This document shows, one piece after another, positions 8,526-16,014 of a DNA stretch of 64,000 bases; position 1 is the stretch's first letter; each line of letters starts with the position of its first letter. Both the position numbers and the translations under genes were made by a program. Where the stretch lies: the sequence record MN988522.1; one strand, given 5' to 3'. The notes beneath the pieces are model-generated. The model worked only from the letters and a program-made list of their open reading frames with translations. It did no database searches and was not told where the DNA came from.

Positions 8526-9026
8526 ATGATGTATATCCGATACGCTTTATACTTACCAGTTAATCTACTACTTGTACTGTCAGCATATGTGTTCTCACCT
8601 ATTCTAGCAGCACTTTCTCTAATTACAGGTCCGACGCTCCCTGGAGTACTTCAATGGTTCTCTACTACGGATGACAATCTAGACGGTGGAATTCATCAGA
8701 ATGTCTCAGGCTATAAGTCTGGACTGAAAGGATTCTCACTATGGTGGCAACGTACATGTTGGATCTGCAGAAATCCTGCTCATGGATGGCAGTCTAACTT
8801 ACTAGGTATGTCTGTTGATGGATTCGAATTTATCGAGAAGATCGATATTTCTACTCCTAAATGGTATCTGATGAAGAATAATAAGCATACGTTCTTCATG
8901 TGGAAGAAGGATCAACCACTCTTCTCCAAGTATTATCTGAAACTATGGTTCGGATGGCTGAATACTGCATATGATGGTAAGAATCATCATTATGAATTTC
9001 AGATCGGACTGAAGAGTAAAAATTAA
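8526..9026 (+). CDS. phage membrane-anchored hypothetical protein
   Basis: N-terminal hydrophobic segment; WFSTTDDNLDG...W..RNPA motif. Confidence 0.7.
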   Translation: MMYIRYALYLPVNLLLVLSAYVFSPILAALSLITGPTLPGVLQWFSTTDDNLDGGIHQNVSGYKSGLKGFSLWWQRTCWICRNPAHGWQSNLLGMSVDGFEFIEKIDISTPKWYLMKNNKHTFFMWKKDQPLFSKYYLKLWFGWLNTAYDGKNHHYEFQIGLKSKN

Positions 9027-9036
9027 TATAGGTTAA

Positions 9037-9114
9037 GTCGCTATGACGGAGTGGTCCAACGTAATGGTCTGCAAAACCATATAACCGCTGGTTCGAATCC
9101 AGCTAGCGACTCCA
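9037..9114 (+). tRNA. tRNA-Cys(GCA)
   Basis: Acceptor GTCGCTA/TAGCGAC, loop CT-GCA-AA, U73, CCA. Confidence 0.93.
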
Positions 9115-9124
9115 AGGTTAAACT

Positions 9125-9235
9125 ATGAAGTATGTAATCATTCTAGCACTTCTTCTAGCAGGATGTCAATCTGCTGAAGAGCGTTACTATTCAGATTTGT
9201 CTACAGGTGTAGGCATGGTTCTAAAGGATAAATAA
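9125..9235 (+). CDS. small putative lipoprotein (36 aa, not in ORF track)
   Basis: MKYVIILALLLAGCQS: signal peptide with lipobox LAGC; upstream AAGGT. Confidence 0.6.
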   Translation: MKYVIILALLLAGCQSAEERYYSDLSTGVGMVLKDK

Positions 9236-9352
9236 ATGTCAACTATTATTGTTGCAGTTGTAGCATTCATTGCAGGTGGATACGCTAGTAAGAATTTTGG
9301 ATTCGATCTAGTTGAGTATGCCAAGGCTGCTTATAACAAGTTTAAGGCATAA
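9236..9352 (+). CDS. small membrane peptide (38 aa, not in ORF track)
   Basis: [18 protein letters not shown]..., abuts previous stop. Confidence 0.5.
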   Translation: MSTIIVAVVAFIAGGYASKNFGFDLVEYAKAAYNKFKA

Positions 9353-9361
9353 TGCCTTTGT

Positions 9362-9438
9362 CGGAGCGTAGCGCAGCCAGGTAGCGCAATAGTTTTGGGT
9401 ACTATGGGTCGTCTGTTCGAATCAGACCGTTCCGACCA
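9362..9438 (+). tRNA. tRNA-Pro(UGG)
   Basis: Acceptor CGGAGCG/CGTTCCG, loop TT-TGG-GT, CCA. Confidence 0.95.
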
Positions 9439-9440
9439 AT

Positions 9441-9517
9441 ATTCCCTTGGACAAGCGGTTTAAGTCATCTCACTTTCACTGAGAAGATCACGGGTTCAAA
9501 TCCCGTAGGGAATACCA
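9441..9517 (+). tRNA. tRNA-Glu(UUC)
   Basis: Acceptor ATTCCCT/AGGGAAT, loop CT-TTC-AC, CCA. Confidence 0.93.
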
Positions 9518-9522
9518 ATTTC

Positions 9523-9550
9523 AGCGAAGTTAGGCTCTTGTAGCCTTCCT
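9523..9550 (+). promoter_or_regulatory. conserved motif copy 3
   Basis: agcgaa gttaggctcttgt agccttcct. Confidence 0.7.
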
Positions 9551-9615
9551 TCTTGTATCGGTTAGTAGTGTCAATCCGAGCTATTAATGTGAGTATTAAG
9601 TATCGGATTCTATGA

Positions 9616-9712
9616 TCGAGAGTGGTGGAACGGTAGACACATCCAGATAAAAGAGCAGTTTCTGGACGCTACTTAAATATGCGTGCTAGTTCAAGTCTAG
9701 CCTCTCGAACCA
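9616..9712 (+). tRNA. Leu-type (class II) tRNA-like gene with aberrant 13-nt anticodon loop
   Basis: Acceptor TCGAGAG/CTCTCGA, A73, CCA, Leu-type D arm, T arm; TCCAGA/TCTGGA stem closes TAAAAGAGCAGTT. Confidence 0.75.
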
Positions 9713-9746
9713 ATATTATATGCTCATTCTTAGATAGGGATTACCA

Positions 9747-10508
9747 ATGGGTAAATTACATGAAATCCTCGCGGTTGAAGGTGACCTCGTAGGTGTAGCC
9801 AAGAAAGTTACTGAAGAAGCTATCGCTACGTTCAGCAAGCGTGCAGATCACTTCAGTGAGACTACTACTGAACAGAAATACTTTGCAGACGATGAGCAGC
9901 ATCTCAATACGTCTGAATCTAAGGCAATGGTGACCACTGTACCTGACAAGCTCAAGTACATCGTTGATCCTATTGCTAAGTTCTTCGATGCGTACTATTC
10001 GAAGGAAGCTACCAATCAGATCGCTAAGGCTGACGTAGAAGTCAAGGGTACAACGATCTTTGCAGATGTTCCAGCAACGGTTCTCCTAGGTATGGAGACT
10101 AAGCTTCGTGAACTCCGTAAGGTCTATGAATCGATTCCGACTCTCGCTCCTGGTGTATTCTGGGAGAAGGATGTTAATCGTCCGGCAGGTGTATACCGTG
10201 CTCGTGAACCTGAAGTCCGATTCGTTACGAAGAAGACTGTACGTCCGATCACTCTTTCACCTGCTACTGACAAGCATCCTGCTCAGATTGAGAAGGTCAA
10301 TGAAGATCTTCCTGTCGCTAAGAAGACGATTACTACCTGGAGTAGTATGATGTCGTCAGCTGACAAGAGCAAGGTCCTCGAACGTATCGATACTCTGATC
10401 CGTGCAGTTAAGACTGCTCGTCAGCGTGCAAACGGTACTGAGGCAGTATCTGCTTCATCCTTCGGTGATAAGATTTTCGACTTTATCCATCAAGGTATCG
10501 TCGACTAA
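9747..10508 (+). CDS. conserved uncharacterised protein (KLxxxLAVE / ATDKHPAQ family)
   Basis: 253 aa; motifs MGKLHEILAVE, VPATVLLGME, ATDKHPAQIE, AVKTARQRAN recalled from an uncharacterised family. Confidence 0.75.
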   Translation: MGKLHEILAVEGDLVGVAKKVTEEAIATFSKRADHFSETTTEQKYFADDEQHLNTSESKAMVTTVPDKLKYIVDPIAKFFDAYYSKEATNQIAKADVEVKGTTIFADVPATVLLGMETKLRELRKVYESIPTLAPGVFWEKDVNRPAGVYRAREPEVRFVTKKTVRPITLSPATDKHPAQIEKVNEDLPVAKKTITTWSSMMSSADKSKVLERIDTLIRAVKTARQRANGTEAVSASSFGDKIFDFIHQGIVD

Positions 10509-10691
10509 GAATTGAATGTTGAGGCTACCAGCATAGCCTCCATTCTCCGACTCCCATAGGGACAAACTCAGCCTTAAACTTATTGTGAGTATCAAGAATT
10601 TATCTTCTGCTCAAGATAAACAAACTAGCTTTGTATCCCTAAAACTTAGACAAGATTTACCAGATCTAGTCGTAGCATATCTCTATTTTCC

Positions 10692-10777
10692 CGGAAGGTC
10701 GTGAGTTCGAGTCTCATCACCGCACCCAATTACCTACAATTGGACTGATGCGGTGTAGCTCAGTGGTAGAGCGTTCG
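10692..10777 (+). ncRNA. circularly permuted tRNA-like domain within a ~420 nt non-coding region
   Basis: T arm GTGAG-TTCGAGT-CTCAT, then CACCGCA-C-CCA...TGCGGTG acceptor-like stem, then D arm TA-GCTC-AGTGGTA-GAGC. Confidence 0.8.
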
Positions 10778-10962
10778 TTTTATCTTGAAGATATCCTATC
10801 GATGATGACTGTATGAATCTATCGTAACGATTAAATATGCTCCGCGATAGGAGTGTATGTTACATTAACAAGAACAGGGTGGTTCCATGCGGAATGTGGT
10901 TCCACCCACCTCTTCTTATATAAGATCATTCGGATTTTATATAATAAGAATTTGAGGTTTAC

Positions 10963-11250
10963 ATGAGTAAGGCATCAAGATTACTTAGCAAGATCAATGA
11001 ATTGGACGGTGGATCTAAGGACCCACTGGTTCAATCAGGTTGTGCTAAGATTGTAGCTTATTGTCAGAAGAAGAGTCTTAGTGCTACTGAGATTGAGCAG
11101 ATTAAGGATCAGATTCTTGACGACGAGCCTCTTCACAATCATACTGCAGATACACTAGCTGCAATCGGTCTTGATATGAATATCAAGTCTGAGCTTGTAG
11201 CGATTGGTCTCAGTAGTGATGAAGCTGATGCGATTATGAATGTAACCTAA
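10963..11250 (+). CDS. hypothetical protein with MSKA...INE N-terminal motif
   Basis: 95 aa, RBS GAGGT. Confidence 0.75.
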   Translation: MSKASRLLSKINELDGGSKDPLVQSGCAKIVAYCQKKSLSATEIEQIKDQILDDEPLHNHTADTLAAIGLDMNIKSELVAIGLSSDEADAIMNVT

Positions 11251-11257
11251 CAGACAT

Positions 11258-11331
11258 GCTCCTATAGTTAAGTGGTATAACTCCTGTTTTGTAATCAGGG
11301 TTCCTCAGTTCGATTCTGGGTGGGAGCACCA
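11258..11331 (+). tRNA. tRNA-Thr(UGU)
   Basis: Acceptor GCTCCTA/TGGGAGC, loop TT-TGT-AA, CCA. Confidence 0.92.
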
Positions 11332-11383
11332 TGATTTCTTGAATCCTAACTCATAGTGAGTTAGAGATAACAAGGAAGATAAA

Positions 11384-11680
11384 ATGAGTGATGAAGTTAA
11401 TAAGACTGTCGTAACTAGAGAAGAACATCGAGGTACTGCTTGTAAGTACTATGATACTCGTGGTAAAGCATACGATGCTATTATCACTGAAGTATGGGGA
11501 CCTCAATGCGTCAACCTTGTCTATGTCAATGATGTAGAAGGTCAGAAAGATTCTTATGGTCAGAAATTGATCAGATCATGTTCTGTGATGCATGGTAGTG
11601 TTCAGCAAGCTCATGGCAACTATTGGATGTTACCAGGAGAGACTCGAGTTTCTAAATATGTTCATGATTCAGCTATTTAA
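11384..11680 (+). CDS. hypothetical protein
   Basis: 98 aa, RBS AAGGA. Confidence 0.7.
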   Translation: MSDEVNKTVVTREEHRGTACKYYDTRGKAYDAIITEVWGPQCVNLVYVNDVEGQKDSYGQKLIRSCSVMHGSVQQAHGNYWMLPGETRVSKYVHDSAI

Positions 11681-11745
11681 TTAACTTCTGTGATCTTCCG
11701 ACCTTGACGCGACGAAGTAGCAGATAACTTATAAACTTTCTTGTT

Positions 11746-12333
11746 ATGTTTTATACTATCTATCGAATAACCAACAATGTTAACAGTAAGATATATGTTG
11801 GTATGCACCAGACTACTAATTTAGATGACGGTTATATGGGATCGAGCAGATTATTGTTCAATGCTATGAAGAAGCACGGTCCTGATAACTTCTCTAAAGA
11901 GATTCTACATGTCTTTGATAATAAAGAAGACATGTTTAGTATGGAAGCACAGATAGTAGACGAACAATTTGTTAAAAGATCTGATACATACAACCTAAAG
12001 ACAGGTGGAGTAGGATCTTTTAGCTACATTAATTCATCTCCTGAATTTCGACAAAGGTCAATTTCAAGAATTCGTGAATTATGTAAGTCTGATACACCGT
12101 ATCGTAGAATTCAATCTAATAAATTGAAAGATGTTCGATACGATTTCACTGGTCATAAGCATACTGAAGAATCGATCTCTAAGATGAAAATATCTAAGGT
12201 CGGTCACGGAGAGGGTTCTTCGAATTCTCAGTATGGGACGATCTGGATTAATAATGGAGTGAAGAACTCTAAACTTAAATCTAATCTACCTATTCCAGAT
12301 GGTTGGAGTAGAGGTAGAAAGATGGGCTTGTAG
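11746..12333 (+). CDS. GIY-YIG homing endonuclease (Seg-like) with NUMOD3
   Basis: TIYRITN..KIYVGMH..DGYMGS; GHKHTEESISKMK; WINNG..GWSRGR. Confidence 0.9.
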   Translation: MFYTIYRITNNVNSKIYVGMHQTTNLDDGYMGSSRLLFNAMKKHGPDNFSKEILHVFDNKEDMFSMEAQIVDEQFVKRSDTYNLKTGGVGSFSYINSSPEFRQRSISRIRELCKSDTPYRRIQSNKLKDVRYDFTGHKHTEESISKMKISKVGHGEGSSNSQYGTIWINNGVKNSKLKSNLPIPDGWSRGRKMGL

Positions 12334-12398
12334 TGATAACGGGAGCACGATGCCTTTGCACGGCATAGGACAGGGTTCGATTCCCTGCTAGTCCACCA
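12324..12398 (+). tRNA. tRNA-Ala(UGC)
   Basis: G3.U70 pair, loop TT-TGC-AC, CCA; first 10 nt overlap the GIY-YIG gene. Confidence 0.92.
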
Positions 12399-12450
12399 CA
12401 TTAGGTCGTATCAACCTGAGGTTAACCGTAGTTACTCAAACTGATACAAT

Positions 12451-12537
12451 GGGATTTCAGACGTGTTGGAGTGCGATCGGCAGACTGTAAATCTGTCCTC
12501 TTAGAGCTACTAGGTTCGAATCCTAGAAGTCCCACCA
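12451..12537 (+). tRNA. tRNA-Tyr(GUA)
   Basis: Stem GCAGA/TCTGT, loop CT-GTA-AA, variable arm, CCA; atypical D arm. Confidence 0.85.
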
Positions 12538-12542
12538 TATTT

Positions 12543-12584
12543 ATAGCCTCATATCGGAGCAATCTGGTATGAGGCTATTTCTTT
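12543..12584 (+). terminator. intrinsic terminator
   Basis: ATAGCCTCATA...TATGAGGCTAT hairpin followed by TTCTTT. Confidence 0.75.
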
Positions 12585-12658
12585 CATGTTAAAGAGAGGG
12601 GCGATGTATTATGATCGTTACGACATCTTCTAGGTAAAACAACCTAGGAGTATAAAGC

Positions 12659-12961
12659 ATGAAGTCGCATTATATTAAGTCTGAGAAGTTTCGTTGGAAT
12701 CGAGACGATAAGATCGAATATATTTACAAGCTCAGAGCTGGTAATTATTACCGTGATCTTAAGACCTTTCAGGAGATCTCTGCGAATGAGTTCGTTAAGT
12801 TTGATCCTGACTGTATCGAGTATAAGATTCCTCCTCGTTATGGACGACTTAATCATTACTTGAACAAGTGGAATCTTGAGAGATTTCCTTCTAAGTCTTA
12901 TAAGAAGTCTTGGAAGTTTGCTCACAGATGCCGTAAGCAATGGATGATCAATCTTGAATAA
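12659..12961 (+). CDS. hypothetical protein
   Basis: 100 aa, RBS AGGAG. Confidence 0.65.
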   Translation: MKSHYIKSEKFRWNRDDKIEYIYKLRAGNYYRDLKTFQEISANEFVKFDPDCIEYKIPPRYGRLNHYLNKWNLERFPSKSYKKSWKFAHRCRKQWMINLE

Positions 12962-13139
12962 GATGACATTCGATGATTGGTGTGATCAGGTCGATACTGT
13001 AGCGAGTAAAGCTATGGGAGGACCTGAATCATACACTAAGGCCACTGGCAGAGAATGCTGGATGGATATGTATAACGATGGATTCACTCCTGAAGATGCA
13101 TGGACTGAAGAGTCTTTATGTATTCAGGAGTCCCTTTAA
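12954..13139 (+). CDS. hypothetical protein
   Basis: 61 aa acidic ORF overlapping previous gene. Confidence 0.6.
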   Translation: MNKMTFDDWCDQVDTVASKAMGGPESYTKATGRECWMDMYNDGFTPEDAWTEESLCIQESL

Positions 13140-13157
13140 TTCTAGATGGATAAGTTA

Positions 13158-13301
13158 ATGAATTTTCTCGGTAAAATCTTTTCTGCAGATTCTAAGAAGC
13201 TGGATGACGCGAAGGCTCTTCTTGCAGAAGTAACTGCATCGAAGAATCGTATCATCAATAATGATCTTAAGGGTCGTATTGAGACTTTCTTGAGTGCATG
13301 A
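13158..13301 (+). CDS. small hypothetical protein (47 aa, not in ORF track)
   Basis: MNFLGKIFSADSKKLDDAKALLAEV...; alternative in-frame ATG at 13146. Confidence 0.5.
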   Translation: MNFLGKIFSADSKKLDDAKALLAEVTASKNRIINNDLKGRIETFLSA

Positions 13302-13340
13302 GATAGAAGGCTAAAAGACGCGAATTATTCGCCTAGATTG

Positions 13341-13368
13341 AGCGAACTTAGCGTCTGATAGCCTTCCT
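13341..13368 (+). promoter_or_regulatory. conserved motif copy 4
   Basis: agcgaa cttagcgtctgat agccttcct, 17 nt before tRNA-Asn. Confidence 0.7.
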
Positions 13369-13385
13369 TCTTTGTCAGACGGTGA

Positions 13386-13461
13386 TGGCTAGTAGCTCAG
13401 TTGGTAGAGCATTGCACTGTTAATGCGACGGTCGTAGGTTCGAGCCCTACCTAGTCAGCCA
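13386..13461 (+). tRNA. tRNA-Asn(GUU)
   Basis: Acceptor TGGCTAG/CTAGTCA, loop CT-GTT-AA, G73, CCA. Confidence 0.95.
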
Positions 13462-13484
13462 GTCTGCTTATAAAGGATTCTTAG

Positions 13485-13691
13485 ATGGAACGTGTATATA
13501 GTTTAGTTTATGTTGCTATCATTACAGCAGGTGTAGTCGCAGGTATCACAGCACTCACTCTACCTTTGTACTATGGTACGATTGATAGTAATCGTAAACA
13601 ATCTGAGTTGTCAAGTAAGTGTGTTGACTCAGGAGGGTCCTGGATCGTAGGTCCTAATGGATACTACCAGTGTATTGCTGGTCGTAAGTAA
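13485..13691 (+). CDS. small membrane protein
   Basis: N-terminal TM helix; C-terminal CVDSGGSW...C. Confidence 0.65.
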   Translation: MERVYSLVYVAIITAGVVAGITALTLPLYYGTIDSNRKQSELSSKCVDSGGSWIVGPNGYYQCIAGRK

Positions 13692-13700
13692 TGTGAATAA

Positions 13701-13792
13701 GGATAGTTGGCTGAGTCTGGTCTAAGGCGCTCGACTTGAAATCGAGAGGACGTGAGAGCGTTCCGTGGGTTCGAATCCTACACTATCCGCCA
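13701..13792 (+). tRNA. tRNA-Ser(UGA)
   Basis: Acceptor GGATAGT/ACTATCC, loop CT-TGA-AA, long variable arm, CCA. Confidence 0.95.
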
Positions 13793-13810
13793 TATTTATT
13801 ATTGAGTATA

Positions 13811-14197
13811 ATGGATCAAATAGTAAAGAAAAAGAGGACTAGACGTCCTGTTTCTTTAGAGACTAGAATGAAATTATCTGCTGCTCTTAAGGGTAAACCT
13901 CAGAGTAAAGTTTCTAATGAAGAGATTTTTGCAGATAATACTACTCATCCTAGACATCGTATTAAAGAAAGAATAATTCGAGATAATCTTATTCCATACG
14001 AGTGTGCAATCTGTGAAAATGATGGTACATGGAATGGTGAACCTTTATCTTTACATCTAGACCATGAAAATGGTAAGAATAATGATAATCGTCTTGAGAA
14101 TCTTAGATTCTTATGTCCTAACTGTCATAGTCAAACAGATACTTATGCAGGTAAGAATAAGAAACGTAAGAGAATCAAGAGAGAAGAGCGTGTTTAG
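13811..14197 (+). CDS. HNH homing endonuclease
   Basis: CAIC..LHLDHENG..NDNRLENLRFLCPNCH; start moved from 13736 (inside tRNA-Ser) to ATG 13811. Confidence 0.9.
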   Translation: MDQIVKKKRTRRPVSLETRMKLSAALKGKPQSKVSNEEIFADNTTHPRHRIKERIIRDNLIPYECAICENDGTWNGEPLSLHLDHENGKNNDNRLENLRFLCPNCHSQTDTYAGKNKKRKRIKREERV

Positions 14198-14261
14198 TTC
14201 AATGGTAGAATGCGAGTCTCCAAAACTTGATATGAGAGTTCGATTCTCTCAGCACGTGCCA
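14188..14261 (+). tRNA. tRNA-Trp(CCA)
   Basis: Loop CT-CCA-AA, G73, CCA; first 10 nt overlap the HNH gene. Confidence 0.9.
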
Positions 14262-14297
14262 ATTCTAGATATTAAATAAACACTTGGATAAGAAGAA

Positions 14298-14942
14298 ATG
14301 TCAAAAGCAAGAGATTTACTTAATACCTTGAATGAAGCTGATGATTGGAATATTCACAAGAAAGAGTTGAAGAAGGCTGGATTTGATCTCCATCCTAATC
14401 ATCACGCTAATGTGAATATCAATCGTAACAACTATCCTCAGAATCGTGATATCTATACGGGTAAAATGAGTAATGGTCATACGATGGTTATTACTCAATT
14501 AACTCCGATTGATATGGATCGATACGCATCTGTTAAGGATGCTTCTGGTAAATTTATCAAGCACTACTATGTAGCTCCTGTTAAACCTACACTGAGTAAA
14601 AGTCCTGTATTAAAGTCTACAGCGATCGGTAATGATCCTAAGACAGTACTTGAAGAAATCAAAGCAGCTATGAGAATGGTTCCAGAAGGACGTCAGGCTA
14701 CCTTTAGATCTGTTGAACAGAATGGTAAGTACTATGAGTTCGATGTCAGATACTGGGGAAGCTGGGAAGTTCCTGATGGTGAAGACGATGATGGAGACTA
14801 CGACTTTGAAGTCTTGACATCTAAATCGTCTAAGTCACTTCAGAACATTGTTGAGCCTATCATTAAGAAATATCCAAGTCTAGATATCTACTATCAAACT
14901 GGAGAGAAGAATTATATTACTGTTCATGCTACTGTAAAGTAG
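14298..14942 (+). CDS. hypothetical protein with MSKA...LNE N-terminal motif
   Basis: 214 aa. Confidence 0.75.
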   Translation: MSKARDLLNTLNEADDWNIHKKELKKAGFDLHPNHHANVNINRNNYPQNRDIYTGKMSNGHTMVITQLTPIDMDRYASVKDASGKFIKHYYVAPVKPTLSKSPVLKSTAIGNDPKTVLEEIKAAMRMVPEGRQATFRSVEQNGKYYEFDVRYWGSWEVPDGEDDDGDYDFEVLTSKSSKSLQNIVEPIIKKYPSLDIYYQTGEKNYITVHATVK

Positions 14943-14952
14943 TTGACAGTAT

Positions 14953-15037
14953 GTCGGTATGGCGGAATTGGTAGACGCCCTGGTTTTAGGTACCAGTGTC
15001 GAAAGACGTGTAGGTTCGAGTCCTATTACCGACACCA
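14953..15037 (+). tRNA. tRNA-Leu(UAG)
   Basis: Acceptor GTCGGTA/TACCGAC, loop TT-TAG-GT, variable arm, A73, CCA. Confidence 0.95.
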
Positions 15038-15043
15038 AATTAT

Positions 15044-15178
15044 GACTTGATGTTGCGAAAGAAATGGTTACTTCGTATTCCAAACGAGAAATGTAGGTAT
15101 CGAATCCTGCTATCCTAATAGGATATCGTCTAAGATAGGACGCTAAAATTTCCATTTCTGACACTATCTCATCAAGTC
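15044..15178 (+). ncRNA. Y RNA-like element Y1 (permuted tRNA module)
   Basis: GACTTGATG-TTGCGA ... ATCT-CATCAAGTC; inner GAAATGG/CCATTTC; T arm, closed acceptor, D arm. Confidence 0.75.
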
Positions 15179-15186
15179 TCATATTC

Positions 15187-15269
15187 AGATCTTGACGTTG
15201 CGACTAGTATCGGATACTTCGCTTTGGTTGCTAAAAACTCCGATGCAATATACTATCTCGTCAAGATCT
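15187..15269 (+). ncRNA. Y RNA-like element Y2 (short, no tRNA module)
   Basis: AGATCTTGACG-TTGCGA ... ATCT-CGTCAAGATCT. Confidence 0.7.
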
Positions 15270-15279
15270 TTCAGTTTAT

Positions 15280-15424
15280 CCTAACGTTGCGAATTAAACA
15301 GTTACTTCGATATCAAGCAGAAGGTCAATGGTTCGAATCCATTCATGCGACACGCGTTGCATGTAGCTCAGTTGGTTAGAGCGTCCGCCACCACAAGATC
15401 TGTTTAAGTCATTATCTCGTTAGG
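15280..15424 (+). ncRNA. Y RNA-like element Y3 (YrlA-like)
   Basis: CCTAACG-TTGCGA ... ATCT-CGTTAGG; TTAAACAG/CTGTTTAA; T arm AATGG-TTCGAAT-CCATT, closed acceptor, D arm GCTC/GAGC. Confidence 0.82.
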
Positions 15425-15433
15425 TCCTTATAA

Positions 15434-15578
15434 CCTAGTGTTGCGATCGGTACAACTTCATCGCATTGTAAGCCCTGTGTCATTGGTTCAAATCCAATTC
15501 CTCCGTCCATCTATCGGAGGATAGCTCAGTCTGGTAGAGCAAGGAAAGTATGTTGTATCAATATACCATCTCACTAGG
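15434..15578 (+). ncRNA. Y RNA-like element Y4 (YrlA-like)
   Basis: CCTAGTG-TTGCGA ... ATCT-CACTAGG; T arm, TCCTCCG-T-CCA...CGGAGGA, D arm. Confidence 0.82.
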
Positions 15579-15716
15579 ATCCTTATCTCATCCACCAACC
15601 TCGGTGTAAGAGTGGAAAGAGTTACGTGATCGTATGAGAATACGATCACAGTCATTTAGGTCATGTACCATGTGTACAAGGATCATTCGAAGGTGCTCGT
15701 CATCTTCAGCAAATAA

Positions 15717-15860
15717 TGTAGAGTTGCGAATATATCAAGTTCATCGCTTACCATATACCAAGCGGGTAGCTCAGTGGTTAGAGCACTAGGATGTAACAGT
15801 CGTAGAGGTCGTCGGTTCGAATCCGACTCTAACTTCTTGATATAGACTTATCTCTCTACA
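15717..15860 (+). ncRNA. Y RNA-like element Y5 (tRNA arms in normal D-then-T order)
   Basis: TGTAGAG-TTGCGA ... ATCT-CTCTACA; TATATCAAG/CTTGATATA; D arm 15767-15784, T arm 15811-15827. Confidence 0.78.
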
Positions 15861-15869
15861 ACTTTTATA

Positions 15870-16004
15870 TGTACTGTTGCGACTAATACGGTTACTTCGT
15901 TGCAAATGAAACATAGGTTCGAATCCTATCCAGAGGATTGTCGTAAGATGACATCTGGCTGAGCATTGGTGAGCTCATCTCCGTATTAACTACATCTCAG
16001 TACA
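15870..16004 (+). ncRNA. Y RNA-like element Y6
   Basis: TGTACTG-TTGCGA ... ATCT-CAGTACA; TAATACGG/CCGTATTA; T arm ATAGG-TTCGAAT-CCTAT. Confidence 0.78.
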
Positions 16005-16014
16005 ATTACAATTC

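Noticed and set aside
10537-10777. Two-piece (permuted) tmRNA
   Set aside because: Acceptor stem TGCGGTG/CACCGCA lacks the G3.U70 Ala determinant, a full D stem is present, and the open frame lies on the wrong side for known permuted tmRNA genes
13736-13810. Longer N-terminus for the HNH gene
   Set aside because: This start lies within tRNA-Ser(UGA); ATG 13811 is more plausible
5801-14197. Endonucleases inside group I introns splitting tRNAs
   Set aside because: The flanking tRNAs are each complete cloverleafs; no split halves or recognisable group I core were found
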